Shown in pieces: positions 19,082 through 28,863 of a stretch of DNA of 64,000 nucleotides; positions within the stretch are counted from its first letter, which is position 1; every line of letters begins with the position of its first letter. The stretch comes from an uncultured bacterium (GTDB lineage: Bacteria > SAR324 > NAC60-12): assembly GCA_964010765.1 (NCBI GenBank), contig CAXGMD010000003.1:4212-68211 (forward strand), given 5' to 3'. The position numbers were made by a program, and so were the translations under genes. Below the pieces are notes generated by a model. It was not told where the DNA came from. It did not search any database and saw nothing but the letters and a program-made list of their open reading frames with translations.

Positions 19082-19339
19082 ATGAAATTCCAGCAAGTCC
19101 AGGAACTCTGGGAAATCAATCCAAATCAGTTCCTTGGATTGTTCAGTCCACCGGGTCAGAAGGAGCATCAATTATTTGCTGCACTCTGTGGAGCAGCAGT
19201 AAGGGGAAAAACTGATCTTGTTCAGATTAGTTCACAGGAACTTGAGAGAGAATCTGGATTAAAGAGTGATGAACTCAGCGCAATGCTTATACAACTGGAA
19301 GAAAAGGGAGTAGCTCGTAGAATCAAGGAATCCAAATGA
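19082..19339 (+). CDS. Small hypothetical protein, C-terminal winged-helix-like segment
   Basis: ELERESGLKSDELSAMLIQLEEKGVARRI; ATGA overlap with next gene. Confidence 0.6.
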   Translation: MKFQQVQELWEINPNQFLGLFSPPGQKEHQLFAALCGAAVRGKTDLVQISSQELERESGLKSDELSAMLIQLEEKGVARRIKESK

Positions 19340-19863
19340 CTCTATCTACGCTAGGTGAGAGCTATCCACAATTACATGCCAGCGCTTATGTTGCAGAGAG
19401 CGCACAGATCATTGGCAATGTTCGGCTAGCGGCCAAGAGCTCTGTTTGGTTTCAAAGTGTGCTGAGGGGAGATTCGGATCTAATCATAATTGGTGAAGAA
19501 ACAAACGTACAAGATGCGACCATCTGTCACGTTGATCCAGGCTTTCCTTTAGAGATTGGTACTCGAGTCACAGTCGGTCATCGCTGCATTTTGCATGGCT
19601 GCACGATTGGAGATGACTGCCTGATCGGGATGGGAGCTATTCTGATGAACGGTGTGCGAATCGGAGAGGGAAGTATCGTTGGAGCAGGAAGTTTATTGCT
19701 GGAAGGAACCGAAATTCCTCCTTTTTCGCTGGTAGCCGGTTCACCGGCCAAAGTGAAGAAAACTTATGGGCCCGAGGTTCTTGAACAGATTCGTCAGGCA
19801 AGTGCCCATTATGTCAGTAGAGCAGAACACTACCGCAGCAACTGGCGGAAACTCGAATCCTAG
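19336..19863 (+). CDS. Gamma carbonic anhydrase family protein (YrdA-like)
   Basis: Hexapeptide repeats, VLRGD, NVQD, TVGHRCILHGCTIG zinc His ligands. Confidence 0.93.
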   Translation: MTLSTLGESYPQLHASAYVAESAQIIGNVRLAAKSSVWFQSVLRGDSDLIIIGEETNVQDATICHVDPGFPLEIGTRVTVGHRCILHGCTIGDDCLIGMGAILMNGVRIGEGSIVGAGSLLLEGTEIPPFSLVAGSPAKVKKTYGPEVLEQIRQASAHYVSRAEHYRSNWRKLES

Positions 19864-20261
19864 GCGCTTTGTGCAAGAGCGTCGTAGTTCATGGGGGAGG
19901 CGTTGTATCGGTGAATTTCCGCAAACACCTGGCGCAATTCCTGTGGACTCAGGTCTGAAAGAACCTTGTGATTGCTCCCTAGCAGACGGTTCAGAAAAAG
20001 CATCTGTTGCTCTTCAGATCGATAACCAAAAATCTTCAGTTGTTGTCGCAAAACATCGAAGACTCGTTGACTAATCTGAGGTTGGCTTTCTTCCTCGACT
20101 ACTTGAAAATTTTCCTTGGACAGAGAACGCAACTCTTGGCGCAGTTCTACTTCTTCAGAAAGCTTTGAAAATCTTTTGCGCTCTCGGAGGACTTCCACCA
20201 CAACGATCAATCCTGTGATCATCAGGGAAATCAAACAAAAACCGAGTAGTATGGTCTCCAT
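19860..20261 (-). CDS. Hypothetical protein, N-terminal TM plus coiled segment
   Basis: GGAG RBS 8 nt before ATG 20261; hydrophobic N-terminus then charged helix. Confidence 0.65.
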   Translation of the reverse strand: METILLGFCLISLMITGLIVVVEVLRERKRFSKLSEEVELRQELRSLSKENFQVVEEESQPQISQRVFDVLRQQLKIFGYRSEEQQMLFLNRLLGSNHKVLSDLSPQELRQVFAEIHRYNASPMNYDALAQSA

Positions 20262-20421
20262 GAACAAACTCCGTTGGCATGCGGAAAAAAAATTGCTAAG
20301 GCATCCGGCCTAAGGCATTGACGCACACAAGATCCACAAAAGCACAAAGCAGACCAACCCTTCCTGTCTATATTTCTCATCAAAACAACCCAACAAACAC
20401 TCTTTGTAGCGCAAGCAACTC

Positions 20422-21846
20422 TTGAAGAACAGCACCATTTACGCTTCTCCAGCACCACCTCAACTTGATCCCCGACCTCATGCGGACCTGCGGGCACAGA
20501 CCCGCCAATTGGCTGGTGAACACCTGCGAAACGTGGAGCTCGCACCGGCAATTCGTCGCAGTCAGGAATTACAAAATTCTCTACTCACTGAATATGCGGG
20601 TGACTCACCAGAAAATATCGAACTTCTGAAAAAATGTCTTCAAGAAGTCAGCATCATGGGAATCAATTTTGTGATTCCCAAACGGCGTGTGCTCCTCAGT
20701 GTTCATGAGATTTTGCGTCTATCAAACCTTGGGTTTCGCTTTGGCAAACTGGACCCAGACTTTGAGATTCACTTACAGCAAGGTCGTCGTATTCCTTTTT
20801 TTCAGGGAGAACCACTTCCCAAGCAAAACTGGGAACAAAAATTTGCCTGTGTACTCAAACACAAAATTTGCCTGGAACTTCTACAAGAATATCGTTCCGC
20901 TTTGGAAACTATTAATCAGCAACGTCAACAAACTCTTGAAAGCAAGAATAAGAATTCAAGCCTGAACAAGGAACTACGGCAGCACGCAGAAGAGAACATG
21001 TTCGAGTTTAAGGTTCCAACCAAGTTCGATTTACTCGATCCCCCACTAATTCCAATGGAGGAAAGCCTATTTGCTCATGATCAGCAAGTAATGGAAGCAA
21101 CCCTGTCGGATGTTGCCAAGAAAGTACTGGAGATGCAAAACCAGGGAGAGCTTCCTTCTTTATTTCAGGAAACCACACTTCCCGAGATTCAGAGTGTACC
21201 GCACCATGTGATGATTCTGTTGGACATGAGTGCTTCGACCTTCGAGAAAGAAATCTTTAAGCTCTCCAATCTGGTTTGTGCAGAGTTATTGAGAACTTTG
21301 CCGACCTATTTGCCTGACGCTACGTTGAGTATTTTACCCTATAGCGACGGTGCTCAGGGGATAATGAATAATTTTCAGAATTTCATTGCACCAGGCGGCA
21401 CAACTGCCTACGATGCCATCTTTTCATTTTCTCAGCAGTTGCTTGGGAAAACAGAAGGGCATCGAGTGGTGATTCATCTCTCTGATGGATTACCCAACAG
21501 CTTGGAAGACGCTTGCCAACAGGCCAAACAATTTCCGACGCTCAATATTCACTATGGACAAATCATTTTTGGCCATACTAAAAGAGTTGGTGACTTAGCA
21601 GATTATCTGTTTGTAGATGAAGCTACTACTTCCGGACAAGATCGAGATTCCACCCGTTTTGAAAAATATGTGTCTCACTTCACTGATGTTGCCTTGGCTT
21701 CACAAGGGGAACAAATCATACTCTGGGTCATGCAACATCTTGATGAAGCGGTGATCGCCATGCTGGATCTATTTATCGGGCAATATTTCCTGCAGCAAGC
21801 TTCACCTGAGACTACTCATTCTGAAGACACACCCACGTCCCTCTAG
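20422..21846 (+). CDS. von Willebrand factor A (vWA) domain protein
   Basis: ILLDMSAST (MIDAS DxSxS), PGGTTAY, HLSDGLPN; start codon uncertain (TTG). Confidence 0.8.
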   Translation: MKNSTIYASPAPPQLDPRPHADLRAQTRQLAGEHLRNVELAPAIRRSQELQNSLLTEYAGDSPENIELLKKCLQEVSIMGINFVIPKRRVLLSVHEILRLSNLGFRFGKLDPDFEIHLQQGRRIPFFQGEPLPKQNWEQKFACVLKHKICLELLQEYRSALETINQQRQQTLESKNKNSSLNKELRQHAEENMFEFKVPTKFDLLDPPLIPMEESLFAHDQQVMEATLSDVAKKVLEMQNQGELPSLFQETTLPEIQSVPHHVMILLDMSASTFEKEIFKLSNLVCAELLRTLPTYLPDATLSILPYSDGAQGIMNNFQNFIAPGGTTAYDAIFSFSQQLLGKTEGHRVVIHLSDGLPNSLEDACQQAKQFPTLNIHYGQIIFGHTKRVGDLADYLFVDEATTSGQDRDSTRFEKYVSHFTDVALASQGEQIILWVMQHLDEAVIAMLDLFIGQYFLQQASPETTHSEDTPTSL

Positions 21847-21870
21847 ACCCCTTACTATTCGTTACCTGTT

Positions 21871-24204
21871 ATGCGAACACCGGTTGCTGCTCTCCCGGAC
21901 GCAGTGTGTGAAGAGTTGGACTTATTACAACAAGTTCAACAGGGAGCCTTGCGTGATCAAGCTGATGAAGCTGACCCCAATTATTATGATGACATTCTCG
22001 AGTTGCGTGATTCTCTGAGTGAAGCGCATCCAGAGGATTTACCGGCGCTGACTACCCAAATTGAGCAACTGGTTCTGCTTGCTCAACGTCAACAAGAGAG
22101 GACACCACGGAATCGAAGTTTTCACTGGCACTCCCCATATTTTGCCCACATGCGCTTGCAGGAGCAGGGGAAAACTCGAGACCTACTGCTTGGCAACCAG
22201 AATTTCTTCTCAGGCCATCTCTCCTGCTCCATAGTCGATTGGAAGAAGGCTCCGGTTAGTCAAATTTTCTATCGTTACCAGGAAGAGGAAGAATATATTG
22301 AAGAACTGGGAGGGCGTGAAGTTGAAGGACGGCTTTTACTGAGAAGACTAGTCCGTATCGAAGATGGGGTTCTCCGCAGTGTCAGTTGCCCACAAGGAAC
22401 GTGGTTTTTTGAAGACGGTCAGTGGTTTCAGTGGGAACAGACAAGGATTGAGTTGAGTGGTGGAAGTGGTAGTGCTACCCGACCAGTCCATGAAGTTGGA
22501 CCATACCGACTGGATAAGCACCTACCTCAAATCACAGCCCTGATTGATGAACGGCAGTTTGAAATCATTAGTCAGCCAGAAGCTGGAGTGATTCTTATTC
22601 AGGGTGGGGCTGGTTCGGGCAAAACAACAGTGGCTTTACATCGACTCGCCTACCTGATGACGCAAAAGCCAAACTACTTCAACAGCAATGGCATCCTACC
22701 AATTGTTTTCAATCGGGCCCTTGCCCAGTACATTAGCAAGCTGCTACCTTCACTTGGAGTTGATGGGGTAGAAGCAAGAGTCTTTCAGGAATGGGTTGCT
22801 CAGTTGCGTCAACGTTTTTTCCCAGACCTGCCTTCTCGTTATGCTGAGAATACTCCCGTAAGAGTGATCGAGTTCAAGCGAAGCCCTGTCATTCTTGCTT
22901 GGTGTGCTAAGGAACTAGAGCATCGGCTGGAACGATTTCAGGCTACCCTGATGGAATTGTTTAGCTCATTGACCAACGGGGGTGATGTAATCACTGTGTG
23001 GAACAGTTCTGCTAACTCTCCAGTGACCGAGCGGTTATCTCGCCTGTTGAAATGGACCCAGGGGCAAGAAGCCTTTACACATCTACCACCTATGCCCGAT
23101 TCCTCGATCCGGCAGCGAATAGACCGCCTGGTGGAAGATTGGTTCCCTGATGTCCTCAAGAATCCTCAAGCATTAGCTCTTCAACTCTGGAATGACGCAC
23201 TGATTCAACGTAGAGCCTTGCAGGAAGCAATCACTGATTTTGCTCCAGGTTCGTTCAGTGAAAGTCAACTCGACGAAATTTGGAGTTGGAACGTACGTTG
23301 TTACCAGCGGCGTCAGGTCATCGTCGGAGAACGAGTCGAAGAAGATGGAGAAACACCCGAAGGCTGGCTAGAAAATCAGAGTCTCAGCGATGAATTGCCA
23401 ACCCTAGATGAAGAAGACGACACTCTACTATTGCTGCTTTACCAACTGACTACGGGACCTCTCCGTGGTCGGAAGAATAAATTACTGCAGTATCGTCATT
23501 TACTAGTGGATGAGGTCCAGGATTTCAGTATTCCAGAGCTTCAGTTACTACTCTCCATGACGCCTTCAGAGCGTAGAAGCGTAACGTTGGCTGGAGATAT
23601 GGATCAACGTATTTTGGCAGGAAATCGCTATCAGGACTGGGATACCATGTTACAGGCCCTGAGTGTGGAAGTTACCGCAATGGAACCGCTAACGATTGGC
23701 TACCGGTCTACCTACGAAATTATGGAGGTTGCCAGGCATGTCATTGGCCACCTAAGCGTAAATACCGTATGGGAAGCCACAAGACATGGTGCGCCTGTGG
23801 AACGGTTTGGCTTTCAGCATCCAGGAGTACTGATTGCGTTTCTAGTAGACAGTCTCGGCAGTTTACTGAGAAGAGAACCTTCTGCGAGTGTGGTTGTACT
23901 TACCCGTGAGCTACCGGAGGCTAGAAAAATTGCAGAGCAGTTAGAGCGAGCCGAAATACCAGGATTACGATTGGTTGCCGATCAGGATTTTTCTTTCAGG
24001 GCCGGAGTTGAAGTGACTGATATTTCACAAACCAAGGGACTTGAATTTGACTATGTACTCTTAGTCGACGCAGATGCTTCCACTTATGGCCCAGATGATC
24101 TATCTCGGCACTTGCTCTACGTCGGGATCACTCGTGCTGCTCATCAACTGTGGCTGCTTCATTGCGGTAACCCATCTTCTCTCCTTCCAGACACCCTCCG
24201 CTGA
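21871..24204 (+). CDS. HelD-like superfamily 1 helicase/ATPase
   Basis: PYFAH...IVDWKKAPVSQIFY N-domain; QGGAGSGKTTVALHRLAYL; VDEVQDFS; LAGDMDQRI; YRSTYEI; KGLEFD; LYVGITRA. Confidence 0.88.
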   Translation: MRTPVAALPDAVCEELDLLQQVQQGALRDQADEADPNYYDDILELRDSLSEAHPEDLPALTTQIEQLVLLAQRQQERTPRNRSFHWHSPYFAHMRLQEQGKTRDLLLGNQNFFSGHLSCSIVDWKKAPVSQIFYRYQEEEEYIEELGGREVEGRLLLRRLVRIEDGVLRSVSCPQGTWFFEDGQWFQWEQTRIELSGGSGSATRPVHEVGPYRLDKHLPQITALIDERQFEIISQPEAGVILIQGGAGSGKTTVALHRLAYLMTQKPNYFNSNGILPIVFNRALAQYISKLLPSLGVDGVEARVFQEWVAQLRQRFFPDLPSRYAENTPVRVIEFKRSPVILAWCAKELEHRLERFQATLMELFSSLTNGGDVITVWNSSANSPVTERLSRLLKWTQGQEAFTHLPPMPDSSIRQRIDRLVEDWFPDVLKNPQALALQLWNDALIQRRALQEAITDFAPGSFSESQLDEIWSWNVRCYQRRQVIVGERVEEDGETPEGWLENQSLSDELPTLDEEDDTLLLLLYQLTTGPLRGRKNKLLQYRHLLVDEVQDFSIPELQLLLSMTPSERRSVTLAGDMDQRILAGNRYQDWDTMLQALSVEVTAMEPLTIGYRSTYEIMEVARHVIGHLSVNTVWEATRHGAPVERFGFQHPGVLIAFLVDSLGSLLRREPSASVVVLTRELPEARKIAEQLERAEIPGLRLVADQDFSFRAGVEVTDISQTKGLEFDYVLLVDADASTYGPDDLSRHLLYVGITRAAHQLWLLHCGNPSSLLPDTLR

Positions 24205-27200
24205 AGTCTGTGATCGCCCTTCCAGCAAGCGAGAAAACAGTGGAATTTCTCGGGGTAATTTGGAGTCAGGTAGTGGTAAGAAGACTTCTGCGTTGCGCTC
24301 CGTGACCTCTCCCTCTAGCAAGCCATTTTTATCATTTATATTGAGTGGAGGAGACGTCGCATAGCTTAGAAGTAGCTTTCCTTCGAGCGACTTGAGATTG
24401 GGATGATAGATTCGTAGGCGTTCTTGGTACTCACGAGTCTGAATCAAGTAGTAGGCGATACGCGACCAAACTGGCAGAGCTCCACTGGAACCTGTCAGGC
24501 GGAACCGGTTTGCAGTTGCTTCGGCTTCCCCAGGTCGATCTGAGCCAACATAGACGGCGATTGTGTAACCTCCTTGAGTTTGCATTCCCTGTCGTGTTGG
24601 AACTGGCAGATGACCAACAAAGGTCGCATTTGAATAATTGTTGGCAGTTCCCGTTTTGCCCAGAGCAGGGATTTGTACTGTCACCTGTCTTCCATCTTCA
24701 CGCACATACTCTGTTTGTAGAAAGCGTTTTGCTCTTCGACCTGTTCCATACTCAACTACTGAACGCATGATTTCTTGCAAAGCTCGATTGACACCGGGAT
24801 CTAGAACGTTACGAGATTGATGATTCGCTGCGTAAATAGTTCTGCCCCCGGTATCCTCAATCCGTTGAATCAATGACCAATGATTTTTGGGTGATGTGGA
24901 ATCTCCAAAAACTTGACCCGTGGCCAGTGACTGATAGAGCATTGCAAGATCTTGTAGCGTTACGTCATTCGCACCAAGCGGAAACGAAAGCACCGGCTGA
25001 AGTGAGCTCTCGACACCTAGGAGGGCTGCTACTTCCACCACTGTCTGTAGGGAAAGCAGCATCCTGAAGTCATGATTCCAATAAAGACGTGCCGTTGAAT
25101 AGGGCTCCTGGCGCAATAAATCCTGCTGACGTTGTTGCATCAAGTCTTCAAGTCCCTGAAAAATCGTGGAACGGATCTTTCCGTGTAACCAAATATTAGC
25201 TGGCGAAAAGAAGCGCTCTCGCTGATTCGAAGTCCAGACCTGATTGTACAAGCGGAAGCGATAGGGAGTTATGGGAACCCAGCCTTTTGTAAGATCACGA
25301 GGGTTCTCTGCGTAAGCTAATCGTGGGGGTATTGGGGTTTTATAAGGATCTGTCCGCAGCGCACTCTCATGAACATAAAAGTTTTGGATCCACTCTCCTG
25401 CCACCTGATCATCAGTTTTAAAACTACCGTTGAGGAAAGCATCTTCTGTTTGTACCAGTTGCTGTCGCAATCGTTCTTGCACCTCCTGAAGGCGCAAAAA
25501 GTTATGTTCCAATAACTCTCTTTCGCGGCTTACACGCGCAGAACCCGAACGCAAGCGTGAGCGCACCTCAGCACGCCAGTTCCGACCATGATAAAGATTG
25601 CGTAGCGCCTGCTCTTCTTCAGGTGGTTCAAAGGCAGTGTTGCGTAAAAGTTCCTGCCGAGCCGCCTCCATCAAGTACGGCTGCATTCGATACTGAGTGT
25701 CAATAATTCCATAAGTATCTCGCAACCGGACAACGTAATCTGCACGGCTCTCATTCTCTTCTCGTGCAAAGCGGGCAAATTCCATTAGTCGTTCGAACTG
25801 CTCTAGGTCCAAGTAATCAAGCAGGTGTTCCAGCAAGTAGATACTGGCTAGATTCTCTGAAAGCGCGCCAGCCCAGACCATCGAACTTTGATTATCTGGT
25901 GGATTATGATCGGGCTTGGGAATGTAGATTTCACCCTGCCATTGATAAACCCGATACTCATTGGACAAGGCCTCCAACGGATTCCAACCCAACTCCATTG
26001 CCACCATGTACAGTAGCAACTTAAAGGTTGATCCAGGTTGACGATAGGCCTGCATGGCCCTGTTGAATCCACGAGGGTCAAATCCACCTGCAAAAGCCCG
26101 AACCGCACCATCTTGCAAAACCATCACACCACCGTCGAGGGTTGGCTGCTGTTCAATGCTTGCCTGCCAAATAGATCCGTCGTTATCACGTTGATGCAAG
26201 GCCACTAGAATTGAGCCACCAGTTTTCAGGTTCTCAAGCGCTTGCTGAAAATCTTTTTTTCGAAGTTTGTTGGGTGCTTGTGGATTTATTCGACGGACGA
26301 ACTCTTCCAACAATAAACCCCGCACTTCTGCCCGATCAGTTCCCACTTGAACCTTTACGCTCGGGTTATCTCCCAGCAACACCTCTTCAATTCGGCCAGT
26401 GTAGAAATTTCCTGATTCAGGTTGTAATGAGGATGGCTCTGGATTCGTGACTGGAGCAGCATAGCCATTGCGCTGAAATTCTAAGCGAGAGAGATGTCGC
26501 CGCAACTCAAACTGCGCAAGATATTGAAGATTGGGGTCAAGTGTCGTCTGAATGCGGAGTTCTCCCTTCTCCACACCCTCAGCACCATAGTCCTGTAAAA
26601 TGGAGTGAAATGGCTCCTCGTTCATCTGCTGGCGGACCACCTCAATCTGGTGATTGTCTTGATAACGGAAAGACCCTTGTCGAAAAGCTACCAAATCCTG
26701 GGAAGCATCAAGGAAACGCTCCTCAGAGATGAGTTCCATTTCCAGCATATTCCGTAAGACATAGTCTCGACGCTCCGTTGCTCTCTCAACAATACGCTGT
26801 ATTTCCTCTGGATTCTGGGTTCGGAATGGATTGTAGTTTGCCGGCCCCTTAACCGAACCGGCAATGAAGGCGATCTCAGAAAGATTCAGGTCTGAGACAT
26901 TTTTGTTGAAATAGTAACGGGCCGCTATCGCCAATCCCTGTCCTGTTCCATGCACGTGGAAGAGATTGGTATAGAATTCTAGAATATCTCTTTTGCTGTA
27001 GCGAGCTTCCAGCCGCAGAGCATCCAGTGTCTCTAGGGCCTTGTTTGCCCAACGATCCTCTCCGTGTTCTGGCCGGTGTTCAAACAAAAGTTCTGAAGTC
27101 TGCTGGGTGAGAGTACTACCTCCCTGAATAACACGCCCTGCAAGCAAATTAGCCCAAGACGCTCGAAGGATTCCAATAGGATCGACGCCGATATGCTGGT

Positions 27201-27528
27201 AAAAAGATTGGTCTTCACTGGCAATGATTGCGTCAAAGAATGCTTCTGGAATCACCGCATCCAGATCAGAATCAATCCGAGTTGGCTGGTTAGCCTGCAG
27301 GTAAAGAAGATGGACTTGATCGTAGAAGGCGCCTAATTTCGTGCGTTGATCACGATAGTAGACAGTTGTTTCGGTAAGCAGACGCTGCTGGATCGCTTTA
27401 CGATCAAGATGAGGGGCAGGAGCTAGAAACACAAGATAGCCCAGTACTGCTGTACCAGTCAGCAGTACTAGATTGATCAGCGTGAAGAGCCCGAAGCAGG
27501 CTTTGGCGACATATCGTGGAACTGACAA
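24100..27528 (-). CDS. Class A penicillin-binding protein (PBP1A-like), enlarged, 1142 aa
   Basis: TG motifs ASEDQSFYQHIGVD, GGSTLTQQ, ILEFYTN; TP motifs STFK, SEN, KTG. Confidence 0.9.
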   Translation of the reverse strand: MSVPRYVAKACFGLFTLINLVLLTGTAVLGYLVFLAPAPHLDRKAIQQRLLTETTVYYRDQRTKLGAFYDQVHLLYLQANQPTRIDSDLDAVIPEAFFDAIIASEDQSFYQHIGVDPIGILRASWANLLAGRVIQGGSTLTQQTSELLFEHRPEHGEDRWANKALETLDALRLEARYSKRDILEFYTNLFHVHGTGQGLAIAARYYFNKNVSDLNLSEIAFIAGSVKGPANYNPFRTQNPEEIQRIVERATERRDYVLRNMLEMELISEERFLDASQDLVAFRQGSFRYQDNHQIEVVRQQMNEEPFHSILQDYGAEGVEKGELRIQTTLDPNLQYLAQFELRRHLSRLEFQRNGYAAPVTNPEPSSLQPESGNFYTGRIEEVLLGDNPSVKVQVGTDRAEVRGLLLEEFVRRINPQAPNKLRKKDFQQALENLKTGGSILVALHQRDNDGSIWQASIEQQPTLDGGVMVLQDGAVRAFAGGFDPRGFNRAMQAYRQPGSTFKLLLYMVAMELGWNPLEALSNEYRVYQWQGEIYIPKPDHNPPDNQSSMVWAGALSENLASIYLLEHLLDYLDLEQFERLMEFARFAREENESRADYVVRLRDTYGIIDTQYRMQPYLMEAARQELLRNTAFEPPEEEQALRNLYHGRNWRAEVRSRLRSGSARVSRERELLEHNFLRLQEVQERLRQQLVQTEDAFLNGSFKTDDQVAGEWIQNFYVHESALRTDPYKTPIPPRLAYAENPRDLTKGWVPITPYRFRLYNQVWTSNQRERFFSPANIWLHGKIRSTIFQGLEDLMQQRQQDLLRQEPYSTARLYWNHDFRMLLSLQTVVEVAALLGVESSLQPVLSFPLGANDVTLQDLAMLYQSLATGQVFGDSTSPKNHWSLIQRIEDTGGRTIYAANHQSRNVLDPGVNRALQEIMRSVVEYGTGRRAKRFLQTEYVREDGRQVTVQIPALGKTGTANNYSNATFVGHLPVPTRQGMQTQGGYTIAVYVGSDRPGEAEATANRFRLTGSSGALPVWSRIAYYLIQTREYQERLRIYHPNLKSLEGKLLLSYATSPPLNINDKNGLLEGEVTERNAEVFLPLPDSKLPREIPLFSRLLEGRSQTSAEGVWKERRWVTAMKQPQLMSSTSDPDVEQVPR

Positions 27529-27537
27529 GATCTCACA

Positions 27538-27885
27538 TCAGGTAGCAGGAAATTCATTTGCGTGAATCGGGTCACTCTTGGCAGCCATGATGAAATCACT
27601 CTCCACCAAGCCATCAATCTTGTGTGTCCAATAGCTCACACGTACGTTGCGGAAGGATAGTATCAACTCAGGGTGATGACCTTCTGATTCTGCTAGATTC
27701 GCAATTAAATTCGTGAAACGAAGAGCTTCTTGGTAAGAGGGAAAGACATAATCTTTCTGAAGATGATGCTCGTTGATCATCTTCCAGCCATTTTGCAATT
27801 CTTGGAGTAGCACTTCTAGCGCATCTCCTTTAAGCGGTGGAACACCTCCACGGCAAGGCGCACACTGCCTTTGGGACAACTCCAT
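27538..27885 (-). CDS. Pterin-4-alpha-carbinolamine dehydratase
   Basis: AESEGHHPEL, YWTHKIDGL..SDFIMAAK. Confidence 0.92.
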   Translation of the reverse strand: MELSQRQCAPCRGGVPPLKGDALEVLLQELQNGWKMINEHHLQKDYVFPSYQEALRFTNLIANLAESEGHHPELILSFRNVRVSYWTHKIDGLVESDFIMAAKSDPIHANEFPAT

Positions 27886-28005
27886 TATTCTCTTCTCCTT
27901 GAATTCGCTTGCTGCAAAATAAAGCCCACTGCAAACTATTGAAACACTTGTATTTTGCCTGGGCTAACCAGTATTTCGCAAATCAATTCCCCTGCATTCA
28001 GAAAT

Positions 28006-28863
28006 ATGACAACTCCTCAATCTCACTATGTGTTGTGCTGTGAACGAGAACTCCATGTAGAAGTTTGGAATCCTGCTGCGAGTGAAACTCTGGTCCTTTG
28101 GCACGGATTGACACGTACAGGAAGAGACTTTCGCACACTGGCAACCCATCTCCCTCCACACTATCGCCTGCTAATTCCTGATACTCTTGGACGAGGTCAT
28201 TCGCAGTGGGCACAAGATCCAATAGTGGAATATACCGTCCCATTCTACATGAAACAGGCAGTTGCTTTGTTAGACCATTTTCAGGTCGAGCGTTGTGGCT
28301 GGATCGGAACTTCGATGGGTGGGATCATGGGCATGCTGCTTGGAGCCACCAGTTTACATAAGCTCTTGGTGGGACTAGTGATCAACGATATCGGTCCAGA
28401 GTTACCCACCGGAGCGATTCAGAGGATTGCGAGCTACGTTTCCAGGCCCCCAACTCTCAACAATTTTCAGGAACTGAAGCAGTACTTTCAGCAGGTCTAC
28501 CAACCGTTTGGGTGGCTTAGTGATCAGGAATGGCAGGAATTAGCAATTTCCTCAGCTAGGAGGAAAGATGATGGGAGATGGACCGTTCACTACGATGTAC
28601 GTTTATCAGAACCCTTTGCCCAAGCGTCCCAAGGAAGAGATCTGTGGGAGATCTACGAGCAGATTTGTTGTCCAGTGATGATTCTTCGAGGTGAATTTTC
28701 CGATATACTGACTCCCAGTGTTGCAGAACAAATGACAACTAGGGGGCCAATGGGAAAGTTGTTTACCCTCCCGAACTGTGGACATGCACCCTATCTGAAC
28801 ACTCCCGAACAAATCGGTCTTCTAAAGAAATTTTTGCAGGAGATTTTCCACCAAGCTTCCTAA
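28006..28863 (+). CDS. Alpha/beta hydrolase
   Basis: WHGLTRTGRDF, GRGHS, GTSMGG nucleophile elbow, CGHAP; start moved to ATG 28006. Confidence 0.9.
   Translation: MTTPQSHYVLCCERELHVEVWNPAASETLVLWHGLTRTGRDFRTLATHLPPHYRLLIPDTLGRGHSQWAQDPIVEYTVPFYMKQAVALLDHFQVERCGWIGTSMGGIMGMLLGATSLHKLLVGLVINDIGPELPTGAIQRIASYVSRPPTLNNFQELKQYFQQVYQPFGWLSDQEWQELAISSARRKDDGRWTVHYDVRLSEPFAQASQGRDLWEIYEQICCPVMILRGEFSDILTPSVAEQMTTRGPMGKLFTLPNCGHAPYLNTPEQIGLLKKFLQEIFHQAS

Noticed and set aside
21847-21870. Rifamycin-associated element before the HelD-like gene
   Set aside because: Only 24 nt intergenic and no matching palindrome; no support for a HelR call.
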